Origin: Nitrospirota bacterium
GTDB lineage: Bacteria > Nitrospirota > JACRHJ01
Assembly: GCA_963845245.1 (NCBI GenBank)
Contig: CAWJRJ010000011.1
Coordinates: 1-64,000, forward strand
DNA: 64,000 bases
Reading direction: 5' to 3'
Shown here: piece by piece, positions 48,671 through 59,511 of the stretch
Layout of the letters: each line of letters opens with the position of its first letter
Position numbering within the stretch: the stretch's first letter is position 1
Notes under the pieces: model-generated
The model's database searches: none
What the model was told of the DNA's origin: nothing
Seen by the model: the letters and a program-made list of their open reading frames with translations, nothing else
Translations under genes and position numbers: made by a program

Positions 48671-51600
48671 CTTGTCTCTCCTTTGGCTTCCCTGTCTCGG
48701 AAGCGTAAAATAGATTGTGGCGCCCTTGTCCAGGGCGCCTTCGGCCCAAGTCCTGCCCCCGTGGCGGCTTATTATCCGCCGCACGTTGGCAAGACCTATG
48801 CCGGTGCCTTCAAACTCCTCTATCCTGTGCAACCTCTGGAACACGCCGAACAGCTTGTCCACGTACTGCATATCGAAACCTGCACCGTTGTCTCTGACAA
48901 AAAACGTGGATTCGCCACCGTTGCCCGGAATGCTGCCTATCTCGATTACAGCGTGCGGGCGATGTTTCGTGAACTTCAACGCGTTTGAGATCAGGTTGAC
49001 CATAACAAGCCTCATCATCGACGGGTCGCAGTACGCGGTCGGCAGCGTGTCTATTTTCCACTCGATGTCGCGCCCTTCCGTCTCCGTGCGCATCTCCTGT
49101 ATAAGCGTCTCCGCAAGCCTGCCCAGGTCCACCGTGGCCATGCGCATCTCCGCGCGTCCCATCCTGGAGAACATCAGCAGGTCGTCTATAAGTTCGCCCA
49201 TCCTGGTCGCAGAGCTGGAGATAGTATCCAGGTATCTATGGCTCTTCTCGTCCAGCGAGGCCTGCGGCGTTTTTCGCCAGCATCTCCACGAAACCCTGAA
49301 TGTGCCGCAAGGGGGCGCGCAGGTCGTGCGATACGGAGTAGGAGAACGCCTCCAGTTCGTTGTTGGTCTCCGCAAGTTTCGCGGTGCGCTCGATGACACG
49401 GCGTTCAAGGTCCTGGTTGAGCTTCCTTACCTCATCCTCGGCCCGTTTGGCCAATATTATGTCCCACGCGAGGTTGGCGAGCCTGGATACGGTATCTATG
49501 TCCTGGGCCAGGTATTCACCCGGCTTGTTCCCCACGCCAAGCACCCCCATTACCTGTCCGCCCCTGAGGATTGGCACAACCAGTTCCCGGATAACCGGCG
49601 CATGACCGGGGGGCAGACCCTTCCGGTTAGGCAATGGATTCATAATCGTTGTGGACGACCGGGATACGCTTCGCTACAGCCTCCGCCCATACCCCCGCCT
49701 TATCAACAGGATAATGCTGTCCCTTGCCTTCGGCTGAGCACATGTTCTGAAGCGTATTGGTTGACCAGGTCTGAAGCTGCAACGTATTGCCGTCGTCCTC
49801 GACAAAATGGAAAAAGCCGATCCGGCTGCCTGTCTGCGATTCGGCTTCGTCGAGCGCCCTGGTGAGTAATTCGTCCAGGGAATGTTTAAGCCCATATTCG
49901 CTGAGCCGCAAGCTGGCACGCAAGACTTCCTCGTTCCGCTTGCGCTCGGTGATGTCACGGGCCGCGGCAAAAACACCTATGACGTTGCCCGAACCGTCCC
50001 TGTAAACAGATGCGTTATAGAGCACCGGCGTGACATGCCCGTCCCTGTGCTGGACTTCAAGCGGGTAATCTATTACATAGCCCTCGCGGAAAACCTGCTG
50101 GTATCCGGAACGTGCCTCTTCAGGATCGGTGAAGTAGTCCGAGAAGTCAGTGCCGACTAGCTCATCGCGTGTCCGCCCAGTTACCACCTCTGACGCGGTA
50201 TTTACATCGGTGATCTTCCCATCCGGGCCGATGGTGACCAACGCGTCGAGGCTGGCTTCAAGAAGTCTCCTGTTGTAAGCGCTAGCGATACGAAGTGCGT
50301 CCTCCGCCTTCTTCTGCTCAGATATGTCGCGGGCCGCCGCGAAGACGCCAATGACTTCTCCCGCATCGTCCCTGTAGACAGATGCGTTGTATAGCACCTG
50401 CGTGACGAGCCCGTCTGTATGCCTGACTTCGAGCGGGTAATCGGTTACATAACCCTCGCGGAAGACCTGCTGGTATCCGGCCCGCGCCTTCTCCGGTTCG
50501 GTGAAGTAGTCCGAGAAGTCCGTGCCCACAAGTTCGCCGCGTGTCCGCCCGGTAACCTTCTCCGATGCAGAGTTCACGTCTGTGATCTTTCCGTCCGGCC
50601 CGATGGTGACCAGCGGGTCGAGGCTCGCCTCAAGAAGGCTCCTGTTATAGGCATTAGCGAACCGGAGTGCATCCTCCGCATTCTTCTGCTCGGCTATGTC
50701 GTTGAAGGTGACAACCACCCCGACGGGCTTGCCGTTTTCCAGCATGGGAGTGCTTGTATACTCGACCGGAAAGGCAGTCCCGTCCTTTCTCCAGAATACT
50801 TCAGCATATTCATGATGGACGTTGCCTGTTCGGGACGAGTCATAAATCCTGCACTCTTCTTCAGGATACGGGCTGCCATCGGGCCTTGTATGGTGCCAGG
50901 TCGAGTGGCTGTTTCTGCCGATCAGCTCTTCAACTTCCCATCCTAGCATCTTAGCCGCCGCGGGGTTGACAAACATATGATTTCCAAACGAATCCATCCC
51001 CATTATGCCTTCACCTGCAGAGTCCAAGATCAGCTTGTTTTGGTAAACGAGGCGTTCAAGCTTGTCTTCCACGCTTTTGCGCTCCGCTACCTCGCGGTCC
51101 AGGTCGTCTCTCGATGCGGTAACCGCCCTCAGGTTTTCCGCCATACGGTCAAACTCTCTGGATAGCTGCCCTATCTCGTCTTTCGCCTCCGTTCCGACCT
51201 TGTAGCCCAGGTTGCCCGAACCTACCTTCTCCATCCCGGTCCGCAGGTTCATTATGGGCTTGACTATAGACCTTGAGAGCAGAAAGGCCGCCACCGCGCA
51301 GGACAGTACCAAGAGCAGTTCAGCCGCCAGAGCAAACCTCTTGAGCCTGACGACCGGAGCCAAGGCCTCGGAGGAGTCTATCTTCGCCACCAGCCCCCAG
51401 CCTGTGGACGGCACGTGACGCCAGGCGGCGAGCACTTCGTGGCCAAGATAGTCGGTGCTGTCCCCGGCACCGTTCTTATCCCGGAGCGCGTACTGCATGG
51501 GTTTCGCGATCTTCCGGTCGAAGTAAATCCTTTACCTTGATTGTCTTGTTGCGTTCCGGGTGGTAGGGGTTGATAAACACCACCTCGTCCCCGCTTGGGA

Positions 51601-52249
51601 TGCCTATAAAGGTTTCCCCCGTCGCGCCCAGGCCGGTCGTCTCATGCACCAGCTCAAAGACGCGCCCTGCGTCTATCTCAAAAGCCGCCTCGCCTATAAA
51701 AACTCCAGCATTGTCATGGAGCGGAGCGGTGCAGAGCATGCCAAAGCCACTTCTGCGACTGTATATGCCGCTGATATAGACGCCGTGCCTCCCACCTTCA
51801 AAGGACCTTGCTTCGATGGTTGAAAGCAGCTTGCCGAGTCGGTCCTCCTTGTGCGCATCGTTCGCTGCAAGGATAACCTTGCCACTGGGATCCACCAGCA
51901 TGACGTCGGAGTATCCGTATGTTGTCACGAACGGCGTTAATCCGGCCCTCAAGCCGCCTTTTGGCGCTTATATACGACGGGCTATTTTTATCGTGTGAGT
52001 ATTTAAGGAGCAGGGGGAGGCCTGTCTTTGATGACGGGAGATGTCTGTAACAGCTTGATGTCGCTTTTACGCTCGGAGAAAAACGCGTCGACCCGGGCCT
52101 GCTCAAGGTTCGCGATGTTCTCGAGCTGTATCGACGCGCACGTCCCTGACGACGTCCTGCATATGGGAAAAGAGCACGAAAATGCCGAGCATCATCGGGA
52201 GGATTATGAGCCCGAGGAGTATGAGGATGAGTTTTGTTCTTATCGCCAT
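48671..52249 (-). CDS. Cache-HAMP-3xPAS-GAF sensor histidine kinase (several frameshifts)
   Basis: TM, Cache-like periplasmic region, HAMP 'DEIGQL', PAS repeats, '[14 protein letters not shown]' and 'GTGIGLA'. Confidence 0.85.
49940..50690 (-). repeat. Tandem duplication of a PAS domain, 372-bp period
   Basis: For example GCGGGTAATC..TTACATA.CCCTCGCGGAA.ACCTGCTGGTATCCGG at 50061 and 50433. Confidence 0.9.
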
Positions 52250-52371
52250 GGTTTATCCATTGGAGCCGTAGGGGGGGCGGCGACAAATAAGTAAATTAGC
52301 ATATAAGCAGCGTTTAATGATAGCAGCACCTGCGTTTTGAAGTCAAGCTGATTGTACCTTGAAAACACATG

Positions 52372-52404
52372 AAAAAGGCCGCCGCTTATCTATGCCGGCG
52401 GCCT
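52372..52404 (-). terminator. Intrinsic terminator
   Basis: AGGCCGCCG...CGGCGGCCT with a U-run on the minus strand. Confidence 0.7.
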
Positions 52405-52614
52405 CTAGTTACTTGAGCCCGGAACAAGCGGACACAGAGGTTTACCGGTCAGCGGTAGAACCAGATATCGTAATGGTCGTGCATGACGTCCTTGTCTCTG
52501 GGGCCGCCAGCGTACACTCGGCAGAACCCGCTCCCTGTCGTTCACGAGTTCGGCAAGGTAGTCAATCGGCTCCAACTCTTCCAAGCCCTTTTTTTTCGTA
52601 GCTGTCTTTGGCAT
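52405..52614 (-). CDS. Small hypothetical protein (C-terminal frame uncertain)
   Basis: GAGGTG RBS, 'MPKTATKKKGLEELEPIDYL', followed by a terminator. Confidence 0.45.
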   Translation of the reverse strand: MPKTATKKKGLEELEPIDYLAELVNDRERVLPSVRWRPQRQGRHARPLRYLVLPLTGKPLCPLVPGSSN

Positions 52615-52857
52615 ACTGTCACCTCTTTGCTGCATACAACTTTATCCCTCCGGCGCTTTGAACAAGCACTCGCGCCGTGTTCTTTATATTATAATTATAA
52701 CAAACACCGGGTCATTTTGAAACGGTCCGGGGAGGTGACACGATAAACCCTTCCCTTTGGCCATAACTGCTCTATATGGTATTATTAATACTATAATTCC
52801 TGTTTTTTCGAGCTGTACATAGCACCTTGTCCCAGACCATCCCGAAGGCTTTATATT

Positions 52858-55173
52858 ATGTTTAATAAAGAGAAGACAGGCAGCCCCGAAGAAAAACAGC
52901 CCCGGTGGATTACGGTAAAGTTCAAGATGCTCGGCATCTTTTCCATCATGCTTGCCCTGTTGGTCATGTTCCAGGCCGCAAACTATTTTCTGACGCTTCG
53001 TAGCGTGCAGGAGCTTGAAGGAGTTCTACGGCAACGCCCTTGAACTCAACGAAGCGCTGGACTTAAAACATCTTTTGTTACGAAAAACTTCAGGCCCTCG
53101 ACATAGCTACATCCTTTTCCCCGACGAAAGCCACAAGGGCCAACTATTGTATGCCGACAAGGCTTTTGTTAAAAAACTTGGAGAGCTGGGAGGGCGACGG
53201 CAAACACCAGGCGCTTTCGTCCAAAGCGCCCTGCTGGACAGGATAAGGACGCAAAACAGTTTGCACAACAACGCGCTTGAACGGTTGGCCAGGGTACAAT
53301 CGGAGGCCGAGGGAGGCAAGGCCGTTGCAGCTGAGCTGGAATATGTAGAATCTATCGAGAAGGGGATGTTTTCCGATATAGACTATATGTTTTCAAGGAT
53401 TGGCGACAACGGAGCGAGACGGGGAAACTCAGACTGGATGGCACGGGCTCACCAATACCGTCGACTTCCTGTTATTAATCCCGTGGCTAGGGCCGGGCTT
53501 GACATCCACGTTGAATCCAATGAATTATTTGATTATATTAAAATCAGGAACCTTTTTCTGGAGAGGTCTGTCGCAAGCCAACGTTTTCTGATATCCGGCC
53601 AGGAAAAATATGTGAAGGAATTCAAGAAATGCGGCGATGAGCTTGAGGACGACCTTGGCCAGGAGATACTTTCCTCCAGCGGGAAAAACGAGGCTGTGAC
53701 GTCTGTCTTCGAGGGTGCAACAAGAACAGACAAGCTGGTCTCTGCTGCCTTTAATCAGGCTGTGACGGCCTACCGGTCCGGCTCCACTCAGAAAGCGAGA
53801 GCTCGCCTCATGAGCGTATTTCTGGACAAAGAGATGCTCGAGTCGACACTCGGCGATCTGGTCGATGAAGAGAGGGGCCATGTCGCCTCCGCCTTTTCCG
53901 CTCTTACGCCTATAATGAACTACGCCCTTTCACTAGCCAAGATAATGTTCATCTACATAATGCTCGTCGCCTCCCTGATGTCCGCCATCATCTATGTGGC
54001 AGTCAGCAGGATGGTGCGGCCGATAATCAACCTGGACGATGCTGCCCGGAAAATAGCCCTGGGCGACTGGACACAACGGGTGGTGGTCCGATCCAGGGAT
54101 GAGATAGGGAGGATGGCACGGTCGTTCAACAAGATGACGGAAAACCTTGAAAAGGCGGAGTCGGAGATACTTAGAAATCAACTGGAACTGTCCGCCCTTT
54201 ACGATGTCTCGCGTGCGATAGCCCGGACGATAGACCTGGACCAACTCCTTAATGAAATATTGGAAACCATCACAAGGATCGAGGTGTTCAGCCTTGAACG
54301 CAAGGGAGCGATATTTATCGTTGACGGAGACAGGATGAAAATCGCCTCTCATATCGGAGAGTCGCCCGCTTTCACTCAATGTTGTGAGATTAAAACAGGT
54401 GAGTGCCTCTGCGGCCTTGCCGCAACGAGCGGTGAAATTGTAATATCCGACTGATTCACACGGAGGATGAACTTCATACGACTACGTTGCCAAATGTGCA
54501 CCCTCACGGCCATATAATCGTGCCTCTCAAGTCAATGGACAAGGTCGTAGGGGTCTTGTGCCTTTATCTGCCGGCCGGCGTTGTCGTCGACGAGGACAAC
54601 AAGACTCTGCTCTACATCCTGGGCGCCCAGATAGGGGTTGCAATCGAGAACGCGAAGCTGTACGAGGAAACGAAGTCGTTGTCGCTCCGGGATTCGCTGA
54701 CCGGCCTAGCGAACAGGCGCCTGATGGAAATCATGCTTGAAAAGAGTTTTGCCAGGGCCCAAAGGTCCGGGTCGCCTTTTTCTTGCATCATGCTCGACAT
54801 TGACTACTTCAAGAAGTACAACGATACACACGGCCACCCCGCAGGGGACAGCCTGCTCAACAAAATCTCGGAGATACTCTTGAACGAGGTCCGGGCGATA
54901 GACCTTGTGGTCCGTTACGGAGGGGAGGAGTTCTTTATCCTGCTTCCGGACGCAAGATCATATGAAGCGCAACAGGCCGCCGAGAGGATAAGGAGGGCTG
55001 TGGAGGCGGGAACGGAGGTTACAATCAGCCTCGGGGTGTCCTCATACCACAGAGAGGTACAAACAAAGGAATATCTGATAAAGCAAGCCGACGAAGCATT
55101 GTACCAGGCAAAAAAAAGCGGCCGGAACCGGGTCGAAAACAGTGCTGCTCTACCGCGCAGGGCTTGCGGATGA
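52858..55173 (+). CDS. Periplasmic sensor-HAMP-GAF diguanylate cyclase (frameshifts near 53015 and 54452)
   Basis: Two TM helices, HAMP, GAF, 'DSLTGLANRR', 'DIDYFKKYND', I-site RAID and GGEEF. Confidence 0.9.
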
Positions 55174-55195
55174 TACCATAAGCAACTCAGCCTCA

Positions 55196-55435
55196 TCAGG
55201 GCGCGCTGCATGACCATTCCTTCTCCTGCTCATCGTAGCACAGGATATATACAAGGTTGTCGTTGCACTTGACCCTGAAACAAGTCTTTACTCCCCTTTC
55301 CTCAACCTGTTGTTCCCTCCATCTTGCGAGTACCTCGACTACCTCGACCATCATGGAGCCGAAGAAGAACTTGCGCGGCGTCTCCTCTCCCCTGTACCCT
55401 GAATATGAAATAACTTCAAGTTTTTTGCCCGGCAT
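55196..55435 (-). CDS. Hypothetical 79-aa protein
   Basis: 'YSGYRGEETPRKF...VLARW...FRV...LCYD....W'; RBS present. Confidence 0.7.
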   Translation of the reverse strand: MPGKKLEVISYSGYRGEETPRKFFFGSMMVEVVEVLARWREQQVEERGVKTCFRVKCNDNLVYILCYDEQEKEWSCSAP

Positions 55436-55637
55436 GGCCAGCCCTTCTGGTTAACTTTACTTACCATTATAGCATTCTACAGGATCGCAGGATTGTGGCG
55501 TTATTCTCTTTTGTTGTAGCATATTATCGCCTGATGATGTACTTTGGTAACCAGCCTTGTATTCCTCCCTCGCCGCGAAGCGGACTCGTCTGGCGGCATC
55601 ATGTTTTTTACGTCCCGAGCCTAGTCAGGAGGTCCAA

Positions 55638-56249
55638 GTGCCCCAACGGATAGACGAACTGATACTTAAGATGAAGGCCCTGGAAGAAGAGCTAGAGGCG
55701 GAGTTCGATAAAAAAAGGACGGATTTCAAATTCGTCATCGACAAAAAACGGGTCTGCTTCGCCGAAGAGGTGGCCAGGCAGCAACTACGGCTCAGGACTG
55801 GCATCTTTCGCTACGTAATCGATATTCCGCTCCTCTTCATACTTGTCGCGCCAATCATTTACATCGGCATCGTGCCTTTCTTGTTTTTGGACCTGTTCCT
55901 TTTTCTATATCAGACAATCTGTCTCCCGGTATATGGCATACCCAAGGTAAGACGCTCGGACTACCTCGTTTTCGACCGCGAGGACCTGCCCTACCTCAAT
56001 TCCATTGAAAAGTACGGCTGTTTCTACTGCGCCTACGCGAACGGGATGGCTGCGTTCACTCGCGAGATAGCCGCACGCACAGAGCAGTATTTCTGTCCCG
56101 TCAAGCACGCGCGCCGCATCATCTCCGCCCACGAACGCTACCCGCGCTTTTTTGAATACGGGGATGCCGAAAGCTATGTCAAAGGGCTGGAGCGGCTGCG
56201 AAATGATTATGGGGATGATACAAAAGATACAACGGATACGAAAAAATGA
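55638..56249 (+). CDS. Hypothetical membrane protein with Cys cluster
   Basis: AGGAGG then GTG 55638, a TM hairpin, 'GCFYCAYANG...EQYFCPVKHA'. Confidence 0.8.
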   Translation: MPQRIDELILKMKALEEELEAEFDKKRTDFKFVIDKKRVCFAEEVARQQLRLRTGIFRYVIDIPLLFILVAPIIYIGIVPFLFLDLFLFLYQTICLPVYGIPKVRRSDYLVFDREDLPYLNSIEKYGCFYCAYANGMAAFTREIAARTEQYFCPVKHARRIISAHERYPRFFEYGDAESYVKGLERLRNDYGDDTKDTTDTKK

Positions 56250-56255
56250 AACAAG

Positions 56256-56291
56256 CAAAATGCCGCTTACAGCATCGTAAGCGGCATTTTG
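56256..56291. terminator. Bidirectional intrinsic terminator
   Basis: CAAAATGCCGCTTAC...GTAAGCGGCATTTTG. Confidence 0.85.
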
Positions 56292-56320
56292 ATAATAAGC
56301 GCAATAAAGTGGCAGCAGCC

Positions 56321-57196
56321 TTAATTGCCTTTTATTCCCATCGCCTGTTTGGCAACCGTTAAGACATCACCTGCCGGCAGTATCACAGGCATTATCCCTA
56401 GCGCATTCATCCCGCCTGAGAGAAGGCTGCCCATCCGCGATTTATCCGTCGCCTTCGATATCCTGAGAAGGGAAATGCCGACAAGCTTCCCGTCGAGTGA
56501 AAAAACCGGGGCGCCGAGCCTGCTCATTAAGGTTTCGCTGTCGGCGACATATACTTTTCGCGGAAGAGCGATAACGGCTTCGATACGGTTCAGCGAGACT
56601 GAAGGAGTGCGGCCCTCGGTCTTGTCCAGGCGGCCAAGGACCAAGACTGTATCGATTACGTTTGGCTTGCTTTCCCCGGAGATGTCTATGGCGGAGGCAG
56701 GCTTCTTTAGTTTTTCAGCCGGCCTTATAAACGCGAGATCGAGGTCTCCGTCCCTCATTATAACATTGGCCGGTATTTCCTGCCCATCGGACATCACCAT
56801 GGTCAAACCAGCTATCTCGCTTTTTATGTCCACCTCGGGCCCTTCACCTGAAGCCTTTAATTTTTTTAAAAGCCCGCTGTAAATCCTGGTTGGATCGATT
56901 GTTGAACAGGAGAGGACCGCCAGTCCTGAAGGGTCTATCACGGTAGCCAGGGTCTCGACCTCGTTTTCTTCCTTCATCTGCTCGTTCCCCCCGACAACCA
57001 CGCGTACCTTTACCGTCGCCTTTACCGAGATGACCGCGTCTGCCGACCTGCCGAGGATGGCCCTCGCCGCCTCTCCTTCATCGGCCGCATGGGCTGTGGT
57101 CGCCGCCATGGACATTGAAAGTATTAACATAAGACAGAACGTCCGCAGGGCTAACCCGATCCCGGTGCTAAAACTTTGCATTCTCGCTTCCTCCAA
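56321..57196 (-). CDS. Secreted trypsin-fold protein with degenerate catalytic motifs
   Basis: 'ATVIDPSGLAVL', 'DLDLAFIRP' and 'LGAPVFSLDGKLVGI'. Confidence 0.75.
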   Translation of the reverse strand: MEEARMQSFSTGIGLALRTFCLMLILSMSMAATTAHAADEGEAARAILGRSADAVISVKATVKVRVVVGGNEQMKEENEVETLATVIDPSGLAVLSCSTIDPTRIYSGLLKKLKASGEGPEVDIKSEIAGLTMVMSDGQEIPANVIMRDGDLDLAFIRPAEKLKKPASAIDISGESKPNVIDTVLVLGRLDKTEGRTPSVSLNRIEAVIALPRKVYVADSETLMSRLGAPVFSLDGKLVGISLLRISKATDKSRMGSLLSGGMNALGIMPVILPAGDVLTVAKQAMGIKGN

Positions 57197-57211
57197 TGAT
57201 TTCGTGTGCTA

Positions 57212-59302
57212 TCACTTGACATCGGCTTTCGCCGGTTCCAATTCGATAAACATTGTATGAATAGCCCTCTGGACCTTGAAGACCACGCTTTTGGGCTTGT
57301 CGGCCATGGCCCGTTTCATCTCCCTTTCAAAAGAGACAGTACCTGCGACCGGCCTGCCGTCCACCGCCAGAATGAGGTCTCCGATTGATAACCTTGCAAG
57401 CGAGGCCCATCCGCCTTCGCTTACGGATTCCACAAGCACGCCACTGCAATCTTTCCCGGTATCCTCATTCGCATCATCCATAAAACAGACGTCCCGTACC
57501 GTGAATTCAAAATCCTTGTCGGTGTATTTCTTCATCTCCTTCGAAGGTTGGGGGGATTGCTCCAGGACCACTTCGAGTGCGGACTTGTCCGCCCCCCTCT
57601 GTATACTCAACTCAACCTTTGTCCCGATGGCGTACCTGTGCACCATCTCGTCCAGGAGGTCGCCGTCTTCAGGCGAGGACGGGCTGACGGCCTCTCCGTT
57701 TAAGCCTGTGATGACGTCGCCAACCTTGAGCCCGGCCTTTTCGGCGCTGCAACCAGGGTAAACCCTGGTTATCCTCATACCGCGAAGCCCGGGGACGCCA
57801 AGGTTTTCTGCAATCTCCTTCGTGACCACCTGGGTCGCGACCGGCAGCCACGCCTTGCGCGCGTCTATCCCCTGCTCCTGTGATTCTTCCTTGTTGCGAA
57901 GCTTGACGACTGTCAGGACACGTTCTTTTTCCCTGTCAAACGTCACCAGGACCGGCACCGACGCGTCTTTGTCTTTGGTGATTTCGCTACTCAGCTTCTG
58001 GAGTTCTTCCATGTTCTTTACGGTAACGCCGTTAACCAAGACGATAACGTCGCCGGCAGCAATCTTGGGCTCTCCCTCCCTGCACGGCCCGCCCGGCCTT
58101 ACACTCGTCACCATTACCCCGTCCCTGTTGTCCCGTTTCATTTCTTTCGAATCCATCAGGGACAGGTTACGCGCGGTCATCCCCCATTGAAAGAGTTCCG
58201 CGTTCTTCGGCATGACATATTCTCTTTCCTGTGAGGTAACACTCAGGACGATCTCTTTATCATCACGCTGCACAACAGCATCAACCGTGCTGCCCACCGG
58301 GATGTCCATCATCATCTGGTTGACGATGGGTATCTCTTCCGGAAAACTGACGTCCACATCTTTACCAGCTATTTTAACGAGTATGTCGCCCGGCATAAAA
58401 CCGGCCTTCTCAGCCGGGCCGCCCTTCATGACCCCGCTTACAAGGGCCCCCTTTTTGTGGTCCACATGCCTCAGGAGCGGCTGGATGTCGAGACCGAACC
58501 AACTCCGGCTCACCTTCCCGAACTTTATAAGTTTCTCCGCTACGTCCTTTGCCTGGTTGCCGGGGATGGCGCCGCTTATCCCGATGCTTATCTCGTTGAT
58601 CCCCACTATTTCGCCTCTTAGGTTGACCAGCGGGCCACCGGAATTGCCGCCGAATATCTGCGCGTCGTGCCCTATCCAACGAACGATGGACCCGACGTTT
58701 TCACCTTCAAGGATCAATCGGCTCCTCTCAGGCAAAAACTCTGGAAATACGACTTCGGTGTTGCTGACTATGCCCATGGTCACTGACTGGGAAAGAGCCA
58801 GAGGGCTTCCCATTGCCAGCACCCGGTCTCCTACCCGAAGAATGGAGGAATCGCCGAACTCCGCAAAGGGGAACTCCTTTTTTTCATCAGGCCGCAACTT
58901 GATGACCGCTATATCCGCAAGCGGGTCTGTGCCTATCAGGTCTGCCGCTACCTCTTCCTTATCGGACAAGGTGCAGACTATCTGCCTGGCCCGCCCTGCT
59001 ACGTGGTGGTTTGTTATCACGTAGCCGTCCTTTGTTATTATGGCACCGCTGCCGGACGCCTCGTATTTCAGTTCACGGCCGTTCTCGTACCTCGATGCGA
59101 CGACGAATATCCGGACCAGCGCAGGCTTGACCTTTAGTATCGCATCGTCAATTGCCTTTTTGAGGGCGTCGGGCGGGCTTTTCGCCTCGATTGGTACAGG
59201 CTGTTCCGTCCCGTCTCCCAAGGCGGGTGAAACAAAGAACAGTGGAAAAGTGGCCAGGCTTATACATATGGCGGCTGTTATGGAAAGTTTCTTGCTTGAC
59301 AT
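57212..59302 (-). CDS. HtrA/DegP-like serine protease with four PDZ domains
   Basis: 'GSGAII', 'ITNHHV', 'DIAVIKL', 'GNSGGPL' and four 'GD.I....G' PDZ signatures. Confidence 0.9.
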   Translation of the reverse strand: MSSKKLSITAAICISLATFPLFFVSPALGDGTEQPVPIEAKSPPDALKKAIDDAILKVKPALVRIFVVASRYENGRELKYEASGSGAIITKDGYVITNHHVAGRARQIVCTLSDKEEVAADLIGTDPLADIAVIKLRPDEKKEFPFAEFGDSSILRVGDRVLAMGSPLALSQSVTMGIVSNTEVVFPEFLPERSRLILEGENVGSIVRWIGHDAQIFGGNSGGPLVNLRGEIVGINEISIGISGAIPGNQAKDVAEKLIKFGKVSRSWFGLDIQPLLRHVDHKKGALVSGVMKGGPAEKAGFMPGDILVKIAGKDVDVSFPEEIPIVNQMMMDIPVGSTVDAVVQRDDKEIVLSVTSQEREYVMPKNAELFQWGMTARNLSLMDSKEMKRDNRDGVMVTSVRPGGPCREGEPKIAAGDVIVLVNGVTVKNMEELQKLSSEITKDKDASVPVLVTFDREKERVLTVVKLRNKEESQEQGIDARKAWLPVATQVVTKEIAENLGVPGLRGMRITRVYPGCSAEKAGLKVGDVITGLNGEAVSPSSPEDGDLLDEMVHRYAIGTKVELSIQRGADKSALEVVLEQSPQPSKEMKKYTDKDFEFTVRDVCFMDDANEDTGKDCSGVLVESVSEGGWASLARLSIGDLILAVDGRPVAGTVSFEREMKRAMADKPKSVVFKVQRAIHTMFIELEPAKADVK

Positions 59303-59511
59303 TGCTTTGGTTCTTTCGTTAAAGTTAGAGGCTTGGTGAATCGAAGATTTTTTCGGCATACGAGGACTATTTTATATCGACTACCAGCATAATAGCAAAC
59401 AATAAATTCGCCGCCGGGTTCCTTGTTACGCCTTGTTAAGGAACAGGCTTCCGAAAGGAGGTTTTAGCGCGAGATAGCTGGTTTGGCAGGACGGTAATAC
59501 GGACTCCTCAC

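Noticed and set aside
48215..49408. Hybrid kinase-receiver fusion
   Set aside because: The receiver has its own RBS and ATG at 48670 and the region contains indels. A two-gene arrangement is more likely, though fusion is not excluded.
55528..55600. Hammerhead ribozyme suggested by CTGATGA
   Set aside because: No matching GAAA core or three-stem arrangement.
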